DNA of 64,000 nucleotides from Bacteroidales bacterium (GTDB lineage Bacteria; Bacteroidota; Bacteroidia; Bacteroidales; UBA3663): NCBI GenBank assembly GCA_045627785.1, contig JAZQOF010000004.1, positions 117,948 to 181,947 of the forward strand, read 5' to 3'. Shown piece by piece: positions 47,253 to 55,678 of this stretch (position 1 is its first letter; each line of letters starts with the position of its first letter). The notes under the pieces were generated by a model. It saw only the letters and a program-made list of their open reading frames with translations, ran no database searches and was not told where the DNA came from. The position numbers and the translations under genes were made by a program.

Positions 47253-49691
47253 ATGAAAAAAGGCTTATTATTCCTGTCACTACTTTCTTCTACATTAATG
47301 GCTCAGACCATCGGAGTGGAAGATGCTCAGAATAAGGCTTTGCAGTTCCTGCAAGGTCAGTCACAGACACGTGCGTCACAGCGTGAGGTGCAGCTCAAGC
47401 TTGCATATACATCTAAGTCGGTTGATGAGACATATTACTATGTCTTCAACAACGCTGAAGGTGGCTATGTCATCATGGGTGGTGACGAGGCTGCTAAGGA
47501 AGTGCTTGGCTATGGCGAGACAGGCAGCTTTGACTATGCCCGCATACCTGACAACATGCGCTGGTGGTTAAGTCAGTATGACGCGCAGATCAGCCAGGCT
47601 ATACGTGAGGTCAAGGCTGGCACAAATAAAGTCGTACGACAGTCTCAGACACGTGCTGAGCGCGCAGATATACCTGTCATGCTTACAACCACTTGGGGAC
47701 AGTTGAAACCGTATAACATGCAGCTGCCTACGTCACAGAGCGGTGAAGCTAATTTCCCAGTTGGTTGTGCTGCCACCGCCGCAGCGCAGATAATGAACTA
47801 TCATCGCTGGCCGGACACAGGTGTTGGTTCATATACGCTTGACACATTATATTACGGTCATAAGTTCACTGCTGACTTCGAGAACACACACTATGACTGG
47901 GAAGCCATGGCTGACACTTACGAGGATTCCTACAGCGGCACACGTGAAGAGATTGCCGTAGGTACTCTGATGTATCACGTTGGTGTAGCGATTAATTCGA
48001 AATATTTGAATTCTGAGGTAACTTCTGCCAACAGCCAAGATGCAGCGAGTGCTTTAGCGGAAATTTTCAGATACAATAAAGGTGTGTCTTTATTATTTCG
48101 TGACTGCTTTAATGACTCGGAATGGGAGACGATCGTATATAACGAACTGAGTGCGAAACGCCCGGTGCTCTATTTCGGAGCCCCAGATAGAATCATGGGA
48201 CATGCATTTGTGTGCGATGGCTATAAGGACGGACATTGGCATATCAACTGGGGGTGGAATGGTAATTATAACAATTATTTTCTTCTCACTCCAACAAGCA
48301 CCGAGAAAGCTTTGACACCTGATGGTACCGGTACGGGAGGCGGTGTGGCTGGCTCCTCTTATGATATCGATCAGTGCATTGTCACAGGCTTTTATCCAGA
48401 TCCAGATGGCAATACACAATACAAGAAGGCTCTTTTTTGCTATGATCAAAGAATTAATAATAACTTAGTAGTGAGCGGTGACTCTATCATACTGACATCG
48501 AGTGTTCTTAATTCAGGTCTGAATACTCAGACGTTCGAGGTTCGATTTAAACTAATTAATGTCGATGATCCAGATGATTTCTATCAGTTCGAGGAAACTT
48601 ATTCAATAACTCTTGATAGTTACCAAAATAAGACTTTGGAGACTTCGTTCTGTATTTCCGAAGGGGCTATTCAAGGTACTACATATCAAATCATACCTTT
48701 TTGTAAGGATGAGAATGGGGTGTGGCAGCAGCCGATGAAAAGACTTACTTTTAATTACGCTCGTTTTCAGATTGCTCGCGAAATTGAAGTTACAAAACAA
48801 CTTTACGTCCATAACCAAAGAAATGTCTGTAAAGATGTCTTCGATGTGTCATTCACAATAAAGAACTTTACAGATAGTACTTTGACGTGTCCGTTGTTAA
48901 TCAACGTCTATCCGGCTGATGAAGAGAATGCCGTGCCTGTAGATTATTTTGATCTGAGTGGCTTCATGCTTGCTCCACGTGAGGAAAAAGAAATCCGTGT
49001 AGGAGCTGAAGACCTTCATTACGGAGATCGCATGGTAGAAGGCAAAAACTATAAGTTACAGCTTGTGGATTGTGCAAATGACACACCGATCGGATTGCCG
49101 GCATCCTGCTCTTTTTATGAAACTTTATCAATCTCTCTTACAGTGCCTGAGATGGGATGGTCGACATTTGCGATACCTTACGATGCTGAGATTCCTGAGG
49201 GATTGAAGGTGTATCACGTTCACTATAACCTTCAAGATTTGAACACTATTATTCTCGAAAAAGTAGATTATTTGAAACATAAATGTGCCTATCTGATTCA
49301 TGGCATTCCTGGCACATATCAGTTCATTGGACCTGCTCTCGAAATAGATGGAACTTTCCTTGGCGCCCTATTCACTCATCAAGGTGAAGGACCGCTTGAG
49401 GATTTGGAACATGATTTTGTATTGGATTATCGTGATGGTATTTTGGCCTTCTATAGAATACAAGGGCCGATACCTATCGGTAAATACGAAGCATATTTGA
49501 AATTCTACACTTCCAAAGATGTGATAGTCATCGAAGATCCAGACACAGACGATCCGACATCGCTAAATCAGATCATCACTCCTGGTACTCCAATCGACTC
49601 GCGTATATACGACCTCAATGGACGCATCATCAGTACCGATCACAAGGGAATCTTGATCCGTGACGGTAAGGTCTTTATAATTAGGGAATGA
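47253..49691 (+). CDS. C10 family (streptopain/interpain-like) cysteine protease with propeptide, variable C-terminal region and T9SS sorting domain
   Basis: The start is set at MKKGLLFLSLL by analogy with the paralog at 52125. It has an I69-like prodomain. The catalytic Cys is in GCAATAAAQIMNYHRWP and the catalytic His in GHAFVCDGYKDGHWHINWGW. The C-terminus ends with the Por tail RIYDLNGRIISTDHKGILIRDGKVFII. Confidence 0.9.
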   Translation: MKKGLLFLSLLSSTLMAQTIGVEDAQNKALQFLQGQSQTRASQREVQLKLAYTSKSVDETYYYVFNNAEGGYVIMGGDEAAKEVLGYGETGSFDYARIPDNMRWWLSQYDAQISQAIREVKAGTNKVVRQSQTRAERADIPVMLTTTWGQLKPYNMQLPTSQSGEANFPVGCAATAAAQIMNYHRWPDTGVGSYTLDTLYYGHKFTADFENTHYDWEAMADTYEDSYSGTREEIAVGTLMYHVGVAINSKYLNSEVTSANSQDAASALAEIFRYNKGVSLLFRDCFNDSEWETIVYNELSAKRPVLYFGAPDRIMGHAFVCDGYKDGHWHINWGWNGNYNNYFLLTPTSTEKALTPDGTGTGGGVAGSSYDIDQCIVTGFYPDPDGNTQYKKALFCYDQRINNNLVVSGDSIILTSSVLNSGLNTQTFEVRFKLINVDDPDDFYQFEETYSITLDSYQNKTLETSFCISEGAIQGTTYQIIPFCKDENGVWQQPMKRLTFNYARFQIAREIEVTKQLYVHNQRNVCKDVFDVSFTIKNFTDSTLTCPLLINVYPADEENAVPVDYFDLSGFMLAPREEKEIRVGAEDLHYGDRMVEGKNYKLQLVDCANDTPIGLPASCSFYETLSISLTVPEMGWSTFAIPYDAEIPEGLKVYHVHYNLQDLNTIILEKVDYLKHKCAYLIHGIPGTYQFIGPALEIDGTFLGALFTHQGEGPLEDLEHDFVLDYRDGILAFYRIQGPIPIGKYEAYLKFYTSKDVIVIEDPDTDDPTSLNQIITPGTPIDSRIYDLNGRIISTDHKGILIRDGKVFIIRE

Positions 49692-49734
49692 AAGAATTAA
49701 AGAATGAAAAAACAATACAGTTGAAGGAAAAATG

Positions 49735-49776
49735 TGCAAAACGTCTTGAAAAGTGGTATAAAATGTGCATAACGTC
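49735..49776 (+). promoter_or_regulatory. Tandem TGCAAAACGTC / TGCATAACGTC elements (31 bp apart)
   Basis: The elements start at 49735 and 49766. The proximal copy starts 72 bp upstream of the -7 box at 49838. Confidence 0.5.
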
Positions 49777-49837
49777 TTGAATTTAGGATTTCGCGAAAAA
49801 AAGAGCAAATTTTATGATATAATAATTTATTATTAAT

Positions 49838-49845
49838 TAAATTTG
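49838..49845 (+). promoter_or_regulatory. -7 box (TAAATTTG) for cassette 2
   Basis: It matches TAnnTTTG and ends 42 nt before the ATG at 49887. Confidence 0.5.
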
Positions 49846-49886
49846 CGTTTATATAGTTATATAAATTAATTTTCAATCTTACAAAA

Positions 49887-50426
49887 ATGAAGAAATTCTT
49901 TTCAATTTTCAGCGTTATGGCAGTCGTTATTACGGCTATGTCATTCGTATCTTGCAGCAAGGATAATAATGATCCTGTTATTGATGAACCAAAGCCAGAA
50001 TCTAAGAAGTCTGTATATTATTCTTTCAAGGTAGGAGAAGAGTTTTTCAAGTATTGTGATATTATTTTAACTGTTACTGTTGATGGTGAGAGTAAAACTT
50101 ATACTTTCAGCAAAGATGCTAAGAAAGAAGTAGCAGAAGGCGAATTTGCTGACAAAATTGAGAGAAAGAATTTCCCTGTTCTTGCTCTCTACGGTGATAT
50201 CTCTTACAAGAAATCATTAAAAGTTTCTCCAAATTTTGTACTGACAGATGAAGGCAAGAAGGCTGTTGAAGCAACTACCGACGAAAGTGTTCAATTTGAT
50301 TTTGCAATCGAAGACATATTCGGTGGTTCAGTTGAAGTTAAACCTTACTTCGGAACTTATGTAATGAAACTAGCAGACTTTCTTGTAGTTTTGAATGACG
50401 GACTCTATGATCATTCTGCAATCTAA
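49887..50426 (+). CDS. Small lipoprotein, paralog 2 of 3
   Basis: 179 aa with a lipobox (MSFVSC followed by SKDNND). It is a paralog of the genes at 46652 and 60359. Confidence 0.75.
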   Translation: MKKFFSIFSVMAVVITAMSFVSCSKDNNDPVIDEPKPESKKSVYYSFKVGEEFFKYCDIILTVTVDGESKTYTFSKDAKKEVAEGEFADKIERKNFPVLALYGDISYKKSLKVSPNFVLTDEGKKAVEATTDESVQFDFAIEDIFGGSVEVKPYFGTYVMKLADFLVVLNDGLYDHSAI

Positions 50427-50446
50427 TATAACAAAAATACTTGTTC

Positions 50447-52075
50447 ATGAAGGCGGGGAGTAGCCTATCGGCACTGTTTGTAGTGCTGGCATTCTTCTCA
50501 TGTAGTAAAGATGCTTACGACATTGAGATTCCCATATTGCCCGATCAGGAAATTGTGGTATTATATGAGAACGATGTGCACTGCGCGACTGAAGGATATG
50601 CAAAGTTTTCCGGACTCCGTTCCGAATACAAAGCACAGACTCCATACGTCACCATGGTGAGTGCAGGCGACTTTGCACAAGGTGGTATCATAGGTACACT
50701 TACCAATGGCGAAGGAGTGACCAGGATAATGAACAAAGTCGGATACGATATCGTAACTCCTGGCAACCATGAGTTTGACTACGGCATAAAGCAGATGTAT
50801 CATCTGCTCAACGATTGCCTTGATGCTACGGTCGTAAGTGCTAATTTCTGCCACTATCCATCCATGAAGTTAGCCTTCGAACCATATACTATCAAGGAGT
50901 ATGGCAAGGTGAAGGTGGCATATATCGGTCTTACTACAGCCAAGACCTATACTTCTACTTCTCCAAGCAATTTCCAGGATTCCGAGGGTAACAAGATATA
51001 CGACTTCATGAACGACCAACTCGATATCCAGACCAATCGGGTGGTAGAGAAGGCACGTAGCGAAGGTGCTGCTTATGTGGTGCTTATTGCACACCTTGGC
51101 GATGGAATCGTTCCTGCCTGCAAGAATGCCCTTGACATAATTCACAGCACTCATGGTATCGACGCGGTGCTCGATGGTCACTATCACACAGTGATCAACG
51201 ACAGCCTTGTAGCCAATGCAGAGGGTAAGATGGTGCACTACACATCCACAGGTACAAAGTTCCAGAAGATGGGTGTGCTTACCATTGACAAGACCGGTAA
51301 TATCGGCACTCGGCTTGTAGAGACATCTACCTACAACAATATCGATGCAGACGTACAGAGTTTTGTTGATCAGGTGAACAAGGAGGTATTGGCAGCTGGT
51401 GACTATGTCATAGGACACTCTGACTTCGAACTCTCGATTAATGATGCTGATGGTAATCGCATAGTACGCAATCAAGAAAGTGCTTTGGGTAATTTCATTG
51501 CAGACTCATACCAGAGTCTCTTCGATGCTGATATAGCATTGGTGAACGGTGGCGGTTTGCGTTCAAGTCTGAAGGCAGGAGACATCACTTACAACAATGT
51601 ACTTGATGTTACTCCGTTTAGTAACAACCTGTGCTCTGCGACCATCACAGGCCAGCAACTGCTCGACGGACTTGAGTCAAGTTACTCCTTGCTTCCCTAC
51701 GAGAGCGGCAGTTTTATGCATATAGGAGGTATGAGACTTAATATCGACCTCTCTGTTCAGGCAGAGTTTGTGAAAGAAGATGGTATCTTTGTCGCTGTAG
51801 CCGATGGTTCTCCTCGAAGGGTATCCAATCTTGAGATATACAATAAAGCTACAGGACAATATGAACCTGTAGAACCGTCAAGAACCTACAGGATTGCTTC
51901 GTCAACCTTCATACTTAGGGATCTGGGTTGCAGTGGCGCCTTCCGCTATGCAAAGCCCGACGAAGACCTTGGTATCACCGATGTCGAAGCTACTGTAGCG
52001 TATCTGCGCGACAAACTGCACGGTAACATACCTTCCAACTATTCATCGACAGAAGGTCGCATTGTTATACATTGA
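50447..52075 (+). CDS. Bifunctional metallophosphatase / 5'-nucleotidase lipoprotein (UshA-like)
   Basis: The ATG is at 50447; the track start at 50441 is TTG. It has a lipobox (AFFSC followed by SKD). Calcineurin-like motifs are NDVHC, GDFAQG and GNHEFD. The C-terminal 5'-nucleotidase substrate domain contains NGGGLRS and LDVTPFSN. Confidence 0.85.
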   Translation: MKAGSSLSALFVVLAFFSCSKDAYDIEIPILPDQEIVVLYENDVHCATEGYAKFSGLRSEYKAQTPYVTMVSAGDFAQGGIIGTLTNGEGVTRIMNKVGYDIVTPGNHEFDYGIKQMYHLLNDCLDATVVSANFCHYPSMKLAFEPYTIKEYGKVKVAYIGLTTAKTYTSTSPSNFQDSEGNKIYDFMNDQLDIQTNRVVEKARSEGAAYVVLIAHLGDGIVPACKNALDIIHSTHGIDAVLDGHYHTVINDSLVANAEGKMVHYTSTGTKFQKMGVLTIDKTGNIGTRLVETSTYNNIDADVQSFVDQVNKEVLAAGDYVIGHSDFELSINDADGNRIVRNQESALGNFIADSYQSLFDADIALVNGGGLRSSLKAGDITYNNVLDVTPFSNNLCSATITGQQLLDGLESSYSLLPYESGSFMHIGGMRLNIDLSVQAEFVKEDGIFVAVADGSPRRVSNLEIYNKATGQYEPVEPSRTYRIASSTFILRDLGCSGAFRYAKPDEDLGITDVEATVAYLRDKLHGNIPSNYSSTEGRIVIH

Positions 52076-52124
52076 AACACTATAAAATAGTATATAATTT
52101 TTATCATTTCCTATATATAACATA

Positions 52125-54560
52125 ATGAAAAAAGGTTTATTACTTCTATCTCTTATACCTTCTGCACTCCTGGCTCAGACCATCGGAGTGGAAGATGCTC
52201 AGAATAAGGCTTTGCAGTTCCTGCAAGGTCAGTCACAGACACGTGCGTCACAGCGTGAGGTGCAGCTCAAGCTTGCCTATACATCTAAGTCGGGTGATGA
52301 GACATACTACTATGTCTTCAACAACGCCGCCGGTGGCTATGTCATCATGGGCGGTGACGAGGCTGCAAAAGAAGTACTCGGCTATGGTGAGACAGGAAGT
52401 TTCGACTATGCCCGTATCCCAGACAATATGCGTTGGTGGCTCGGTCAGTATGACGCTCAGATCAGTCAGGCTATACGCGAGGTCAAGGCAGGTACCAACA
52501 AGATTGTTCGTCATCCACAGACACGTGCAGAGCGTGCTGATATACCTGTCATGCTCACAACTAAATGGAATCAGAAGAAACCTTATAACATGCAACTGCC
52601 TACATCACAGAGTGGTGAAATAGAATACCCTACAGGATGTACGGCAACTGCAGTAGCGCAGATAATGAACTATCATCGCTGGCCAGACACAGGTGTTGGT
52701 TCATATACGCTTGACACATTATATTACGGTCATAAGTTCACAGCTGACTTCGAGAACACACACTATGACTGGGAAGCCATGGCTGACACTTACGAGGATT
52801 CTTACAGTGGCACACGAGAAGAAATTGCTGTGGGTACTCTGATGTATCACGTTGGTGTAGCGATTAATTCGAAATATGTGAATTCTGAGGCAACTTCTGC
52901 CTACAGCCAAGATGCAGCGAGAGCTTTGGCTGAACATTTCAGATACAACAAAGGTATGTCTTTATTATTTCGTGGCTGCTTTAATGACTCGGAATGGGAG
53001 ACGATCGTATATAACGAACTGAGTGCGAAACGCCCGGTGCTCTATTCCGGAGCCCCAGATAGTATCTTGGGACATGCATTCGTGTGCGACGGCTATAAGG
53101 ACGGACATTGGCACATCAATTGGGGTTGGTCTGGCTTGTGTGACAACTACTTCCTGCTTACTCCGACCGACACAGAAAATGCCTTGCAGCCAGGTGGTAC
53201 TGGAACTGGCGGTGGTGAAGAAGATGAGTCTTATACAATTAATCAGACTATCATTACTGGCATATCTCCAGATCCTGACGGGAACACACTATATAAGAAA
53301 TCGATTTTAGGTTATAATCAAATATTGGATAAAAACCTGGTCGTTGGCTGTGATTCTGTCATTTTGAATATGAACTTTCAAAATCTCGGTATCAGAGAAG
53401 AGACGTTCGAAATCCGATACAAATTGGTCAATGTCGAAGATCCTGATGATACACATCTCCTCGACTATTCAGCCTCGTTCAATCTTGAGTTCCTTAAATA
53501 TACATACATAACTGCTAAGCTCTATGTACCAGAAGGTGTTAGACAAGGTGCTGTTTATGATATCATACCTATGTTTAAGGATGAGAATGGAGAGTGGCAG
53601 CAGACACAGAAAGAGCCTACTGATTATTTTGAAAGATTAATTATTGCCGACGAATTTACACTCACGAAGCCTCTCAACGTCAGAAGCGATGGGCTTATTT
53701 GTAATGATGTCTTCTACGATGTTTCATTCGCAATAAAGAATCTTTCAGACAGTACATTGACCTGTCCGTTGGCATTAAACATTTACCCGTCTGTAGATGG
53801 GAATCCCGACCCTGTAGATTATTTTGATCTAGGAGAGATCTCATTAGCTCCAAACGAGGAGAGAGAGATCATTGTCGGATCTGATGACTTACATTTTGGT
53901 GATCCTCTGGAATTAGGTAAATTTTACAAGGTTAAGCTTGAAAACTACATAGAAGGCACGCTTCTCTCGTCATTCAGTTGCTTAATTGTTGATTCTATGC
54001 CTATTTCCTTGACTTTGCCAGAGATGGGATGGACGACCTTTGCGATACCTTACGATAATGAGATTCCGGAGGGATTGAAGGCTTATAGTGTTGCTTATGA
54101 TAAAGATGAAGACTCGATAGTTCTTGAAGAGCAGGATTTCCTTCGTATGAATTGTGCTTACCTGATACATGGCGTTCCTGGTAACTATCAGTTTGTAGGA
54201 CCAGACACTTCTTTTGAAGAATATGCCAACCTTAAGTCACTATTCTCACTCAATGAAGAAGGTCCTCTTACTTACACAAATTGTTATGTGTTGGATCAGC
54301 GTGATGGCATCGTAGGTTTCTATAGGATCCAAGAACCGACACCGCTCGGTAAATATGAAGCATTTTTAGTCTCAAATTCTTCCAAAGACGAATTTCCTAT
54401 CCAAGATCCTGATGCAGATGATCCAACATCCCTACATCAGATCATCACTCCTGGTACACCTGTCCACACTCGTATCTACGACCTCAATGGACGTATCATC
54501 AATACTGATATCAAAGGATTCGTGATCCGGGACGGAAAAGTCTTTATAATGAAAAAATGA
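52125..54560 (+). CDS. C10 family cysteine protease paralog with T9SS sorting domain
   Basis: 811 aa with a signal peptide. The catalytic Cys is in GCTATAVAQIMNYHRWP and the catalytic His in GHAFVCDGYKDGHWHINWGW. The Por tail is RIYDLNGRIINTDIKGFVIRDGKVFIM. Confidence 0.9.
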   Translation: MKKGLLLLSLIPSALLAQTIGVEDAQNKALQFLQGQSQTRASQREVQLKLAYTSKSGDETYYYVFNNAAGGYVIMGGDEAAKEVLGYGETGSFDYARIPDNMRWWLGQYDAQISQAIREVKAGTNKIVRHPQTRAERADIPVMLTTKWNQKKPYNMQLPTSQSGEIEYPTGCTATAVAQIMNYHRWPDTGVGSYTLDTLYYGHKFTADFENTHYDWEAMADTYEDSYSGTREEIAVGTLMYHVGVAINSKYVNSEATSAYSQDAARALAEHFRYNKGMSLLFRGCFNDSEWETIVYNELSAKRPVLYSGAPDSILGHAFVCDGYKDGHWHINWGWSGLCDNYFLLTPTDTENALQPGGTGTGGGEEDESYTINQTIITGISPDPDGNTLYKKSILGYNQILDKNLVVGCDSVILNMNFQNLGIREETFEIRYKLVNVEDPDDTHLLDYSASFNLEFLKYTYITAKLYVPEGVRQGAVYDIIPMFKDENGEWQQTQKEPTDYFERLIIADEFTLTKPLNVRSDGLICNDVFYDVSFAIKNLSDSTLTCPLALNIYPSVDGNPDPVDYFDLGEISLAPNEEREIIVGSDDLHFGDPLELGKFYKVKLENYIEGTLLSSFSCLIVDSMPISLTLPEMGWTTFAIPYDNEIPEGLKAYSVAYDKDEDSIVLEEQDFLRMNCAYLIHGVPGNYQFVGPDTSFEEYANLKSLFSLNEEGPLTYTNCYVLDQRDGIVGFYRIQEPTPLGKYEAFLVSNSSKDEFPIQDPDADDPTSLHQIITPGTPVHTRIYDLNGRIINTDIKGFVIRDGKVFIMKK

Positions 54561-54571
54561 TAGAATGAAAT

Positions 54572-54651
54572 AATTAAGGAATGAAAGAATGTAATAATTA
54601 TATTATAAAAAAATAACAAATACAGCCGAAAGAAAATCTTCTTTCGGCTGT
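54572..54651. repeat. Hairpin-containing intergenic repeat, copy A (also a bidirectional terminator)
   Basis: AATTAAGGAATGAAA leads to ACAGCCGAAAGAA AATC TTCTTTCGGCTGT, a 13-bp stem at 54622-54651. Related copies lie at 55361 and 60921. Confidence 0.75.
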
Positions 54652-54720
54652 TAATTTAGTCAAGCAAGTTTAGATAATTTTTCAATTTCTCGGAGAGCCG
54701 TAGGATGCAAAACTACCACC

Positions 54721-54993
54721 TCATCTTTTTCCAAAGAGTTCTGAATGAGAACCTACTCGTTCTACGTATATTGCTTCAGAATCAATCCATATTAGCAAGA
54801 AATCGTTGCCAATGTGGCATTCCATACAATCTTTATAATTACCTGACAATTTGTGAGGTCGATAAGTCTTGTCAAGTTCTCTGCCAGAAGCTAAGACATG
54901 TAGTACATTGAATAGCTCTTGCATTTTGACCAAATCATTACGATAACGTTTGAGGTCTTTCTTGGCCTTTGTGGAATAGCGAACCTCTTTCAT
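54721..54993 (-). CDS. Type II toxin, YafQ/RelE-family mRNA interferase
   Basis: 90 aa. The sequences KKDLKRY, HKLSGNYKDCMECHIGNDFLLIW and VGSHSELF match the YafQ family pattern. It overlaps the upstream antitoxin gene by 4 nt. Confidence 0.8.
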   Translation of the reverse strand: MKEVRYSTKAKKDLKRYRNDLVKMQELFNVLHVLASGRELDKTYRPHKLSGNYKDCMECHIGNDFLLIWIDSEAIYVERVGSHSELFGKR

Positions 54994-55250
54994 TTGATTT
55001 CGTCAATACTATGGATGAATGAGTCAAAATCCTTCATGTTAAGCGTGCCGGCATACTTACCCGAGCGAGATTCGTTTATGGCTTCAATAGTGTCAGGATT
55101 AGGATTTCCATATAGTGCTTGAGCCAAGAGACTTTCCACATAATTATTAAGGCTGCGGTTACTTTGAGCTGCACGTTTTTTAAGATCTTCCAACATAAAC
55201 TCATTTAGCCTAAATGCCGTTTGTTTTCTTACAGTTACTGTTGTTTCCAT
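54990..55250 (-). CDS. Type II antitoxin (ribbon-helix-helix type)
   Basis: 86 aa. An RHH-like N-terminus (TAFRLNEFMLEDLKKRAAQSNRSLNNYVESLL) and its position immediately upstream of the toxin support the call. Confidence 0.7.
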   Translation of the reverse strand: METTVTVRKQTAFRLNEFMLEDLKKRAAQSNRSLNNYVESLLAQALYGNPNPDTIEAINESRSGKYAGTLNMKDFDSFIHSIDEIK

Positions 55251-55285
55251 CTTATTTTGTTATAAAAGTGTTATACAATGTGGTG

Positions 55286-55293
55286 CAAATGTA
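55286..55293 (-). promoter_or_regulatory. -7 box (TACATTTG) for the toxin-antitoxin operon
   Basis: The minus-strand sequence matches TAnnTTTG and lies about 36 nt upstream of the antitoxin ATG. Confidence 0.4.
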
Positions 55294-55360
55294 TATTAAA
55301 TATTTTAATAAACCAAAAAATTATTGTTGAAAAAGAAATTTAAACGAAAATATTGCAATA

Positions 55361-55432
55361 AATTAAGGAATGAAATAATTATATATAATGAAAATATCAA
55401 ATACAGCCGAGAGTAAATCTTCTTTCGGCTGT
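55361..55432. repeat. Hairpin-containing intergenic repeat, copy B
   Basis: AATTAAGGAATGAAA leads to ACAGCCGAGAG TAAATCT TCTTTCGGCTGT followed by T7. The left flank matches copy A and the right flank (ATCACTTTTAAATGTTGCAGCT) matches copy C. Confidence 0.75.
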
Positions 55433-55513
55433 ATTTTTTTCTATCACTTTTAAATGTTGCAGCTTTATTGAACGTGAATTAGGAACGATTACTCGAACAT
55501 GAGCTTTGCGAAT

Positions 55514-55615
55514 AATTAGGAACGAATTTTTAAACGTCAATCTCCATAAATCTACCGTCCTTTTCTCGAACATCGCTTGCGATAATCTTTCCTTCAATTT
55601 AATTTTTTCCTAATC
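55514..55615. repeat. Degenerate copy of the inverted-repeat element at 61189, with its core in the opposite orientation
   Basis: AATTAGGAACGAA and TTCCTAATC bracket a core that aligns to the reverse complement of 61209-61269. Examples are TTTTTAAACGTCAATC and AATCTTTCC.TCAAT.TAATTTT. The core also carries a roughly 29-bp insertion. Confidence 0.55.
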
Positions 55616-55678
55616 AAGATTGACAATCAAGAGATAATTGCTGATTCTCTGGGATATTATAATGGTCCTGGTGATCAG

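Noticed and set aside
55397-55597. A 66 aa minus-strand ORF between the antitoxin gene and nhaC.
   Set aside because: It lies wholly within the hairpin repeat and the inverted-repeat element, and its sequence is repeat-derived with no coding signature. The 60861-61112 + strand ORF was rejected for the same reason.
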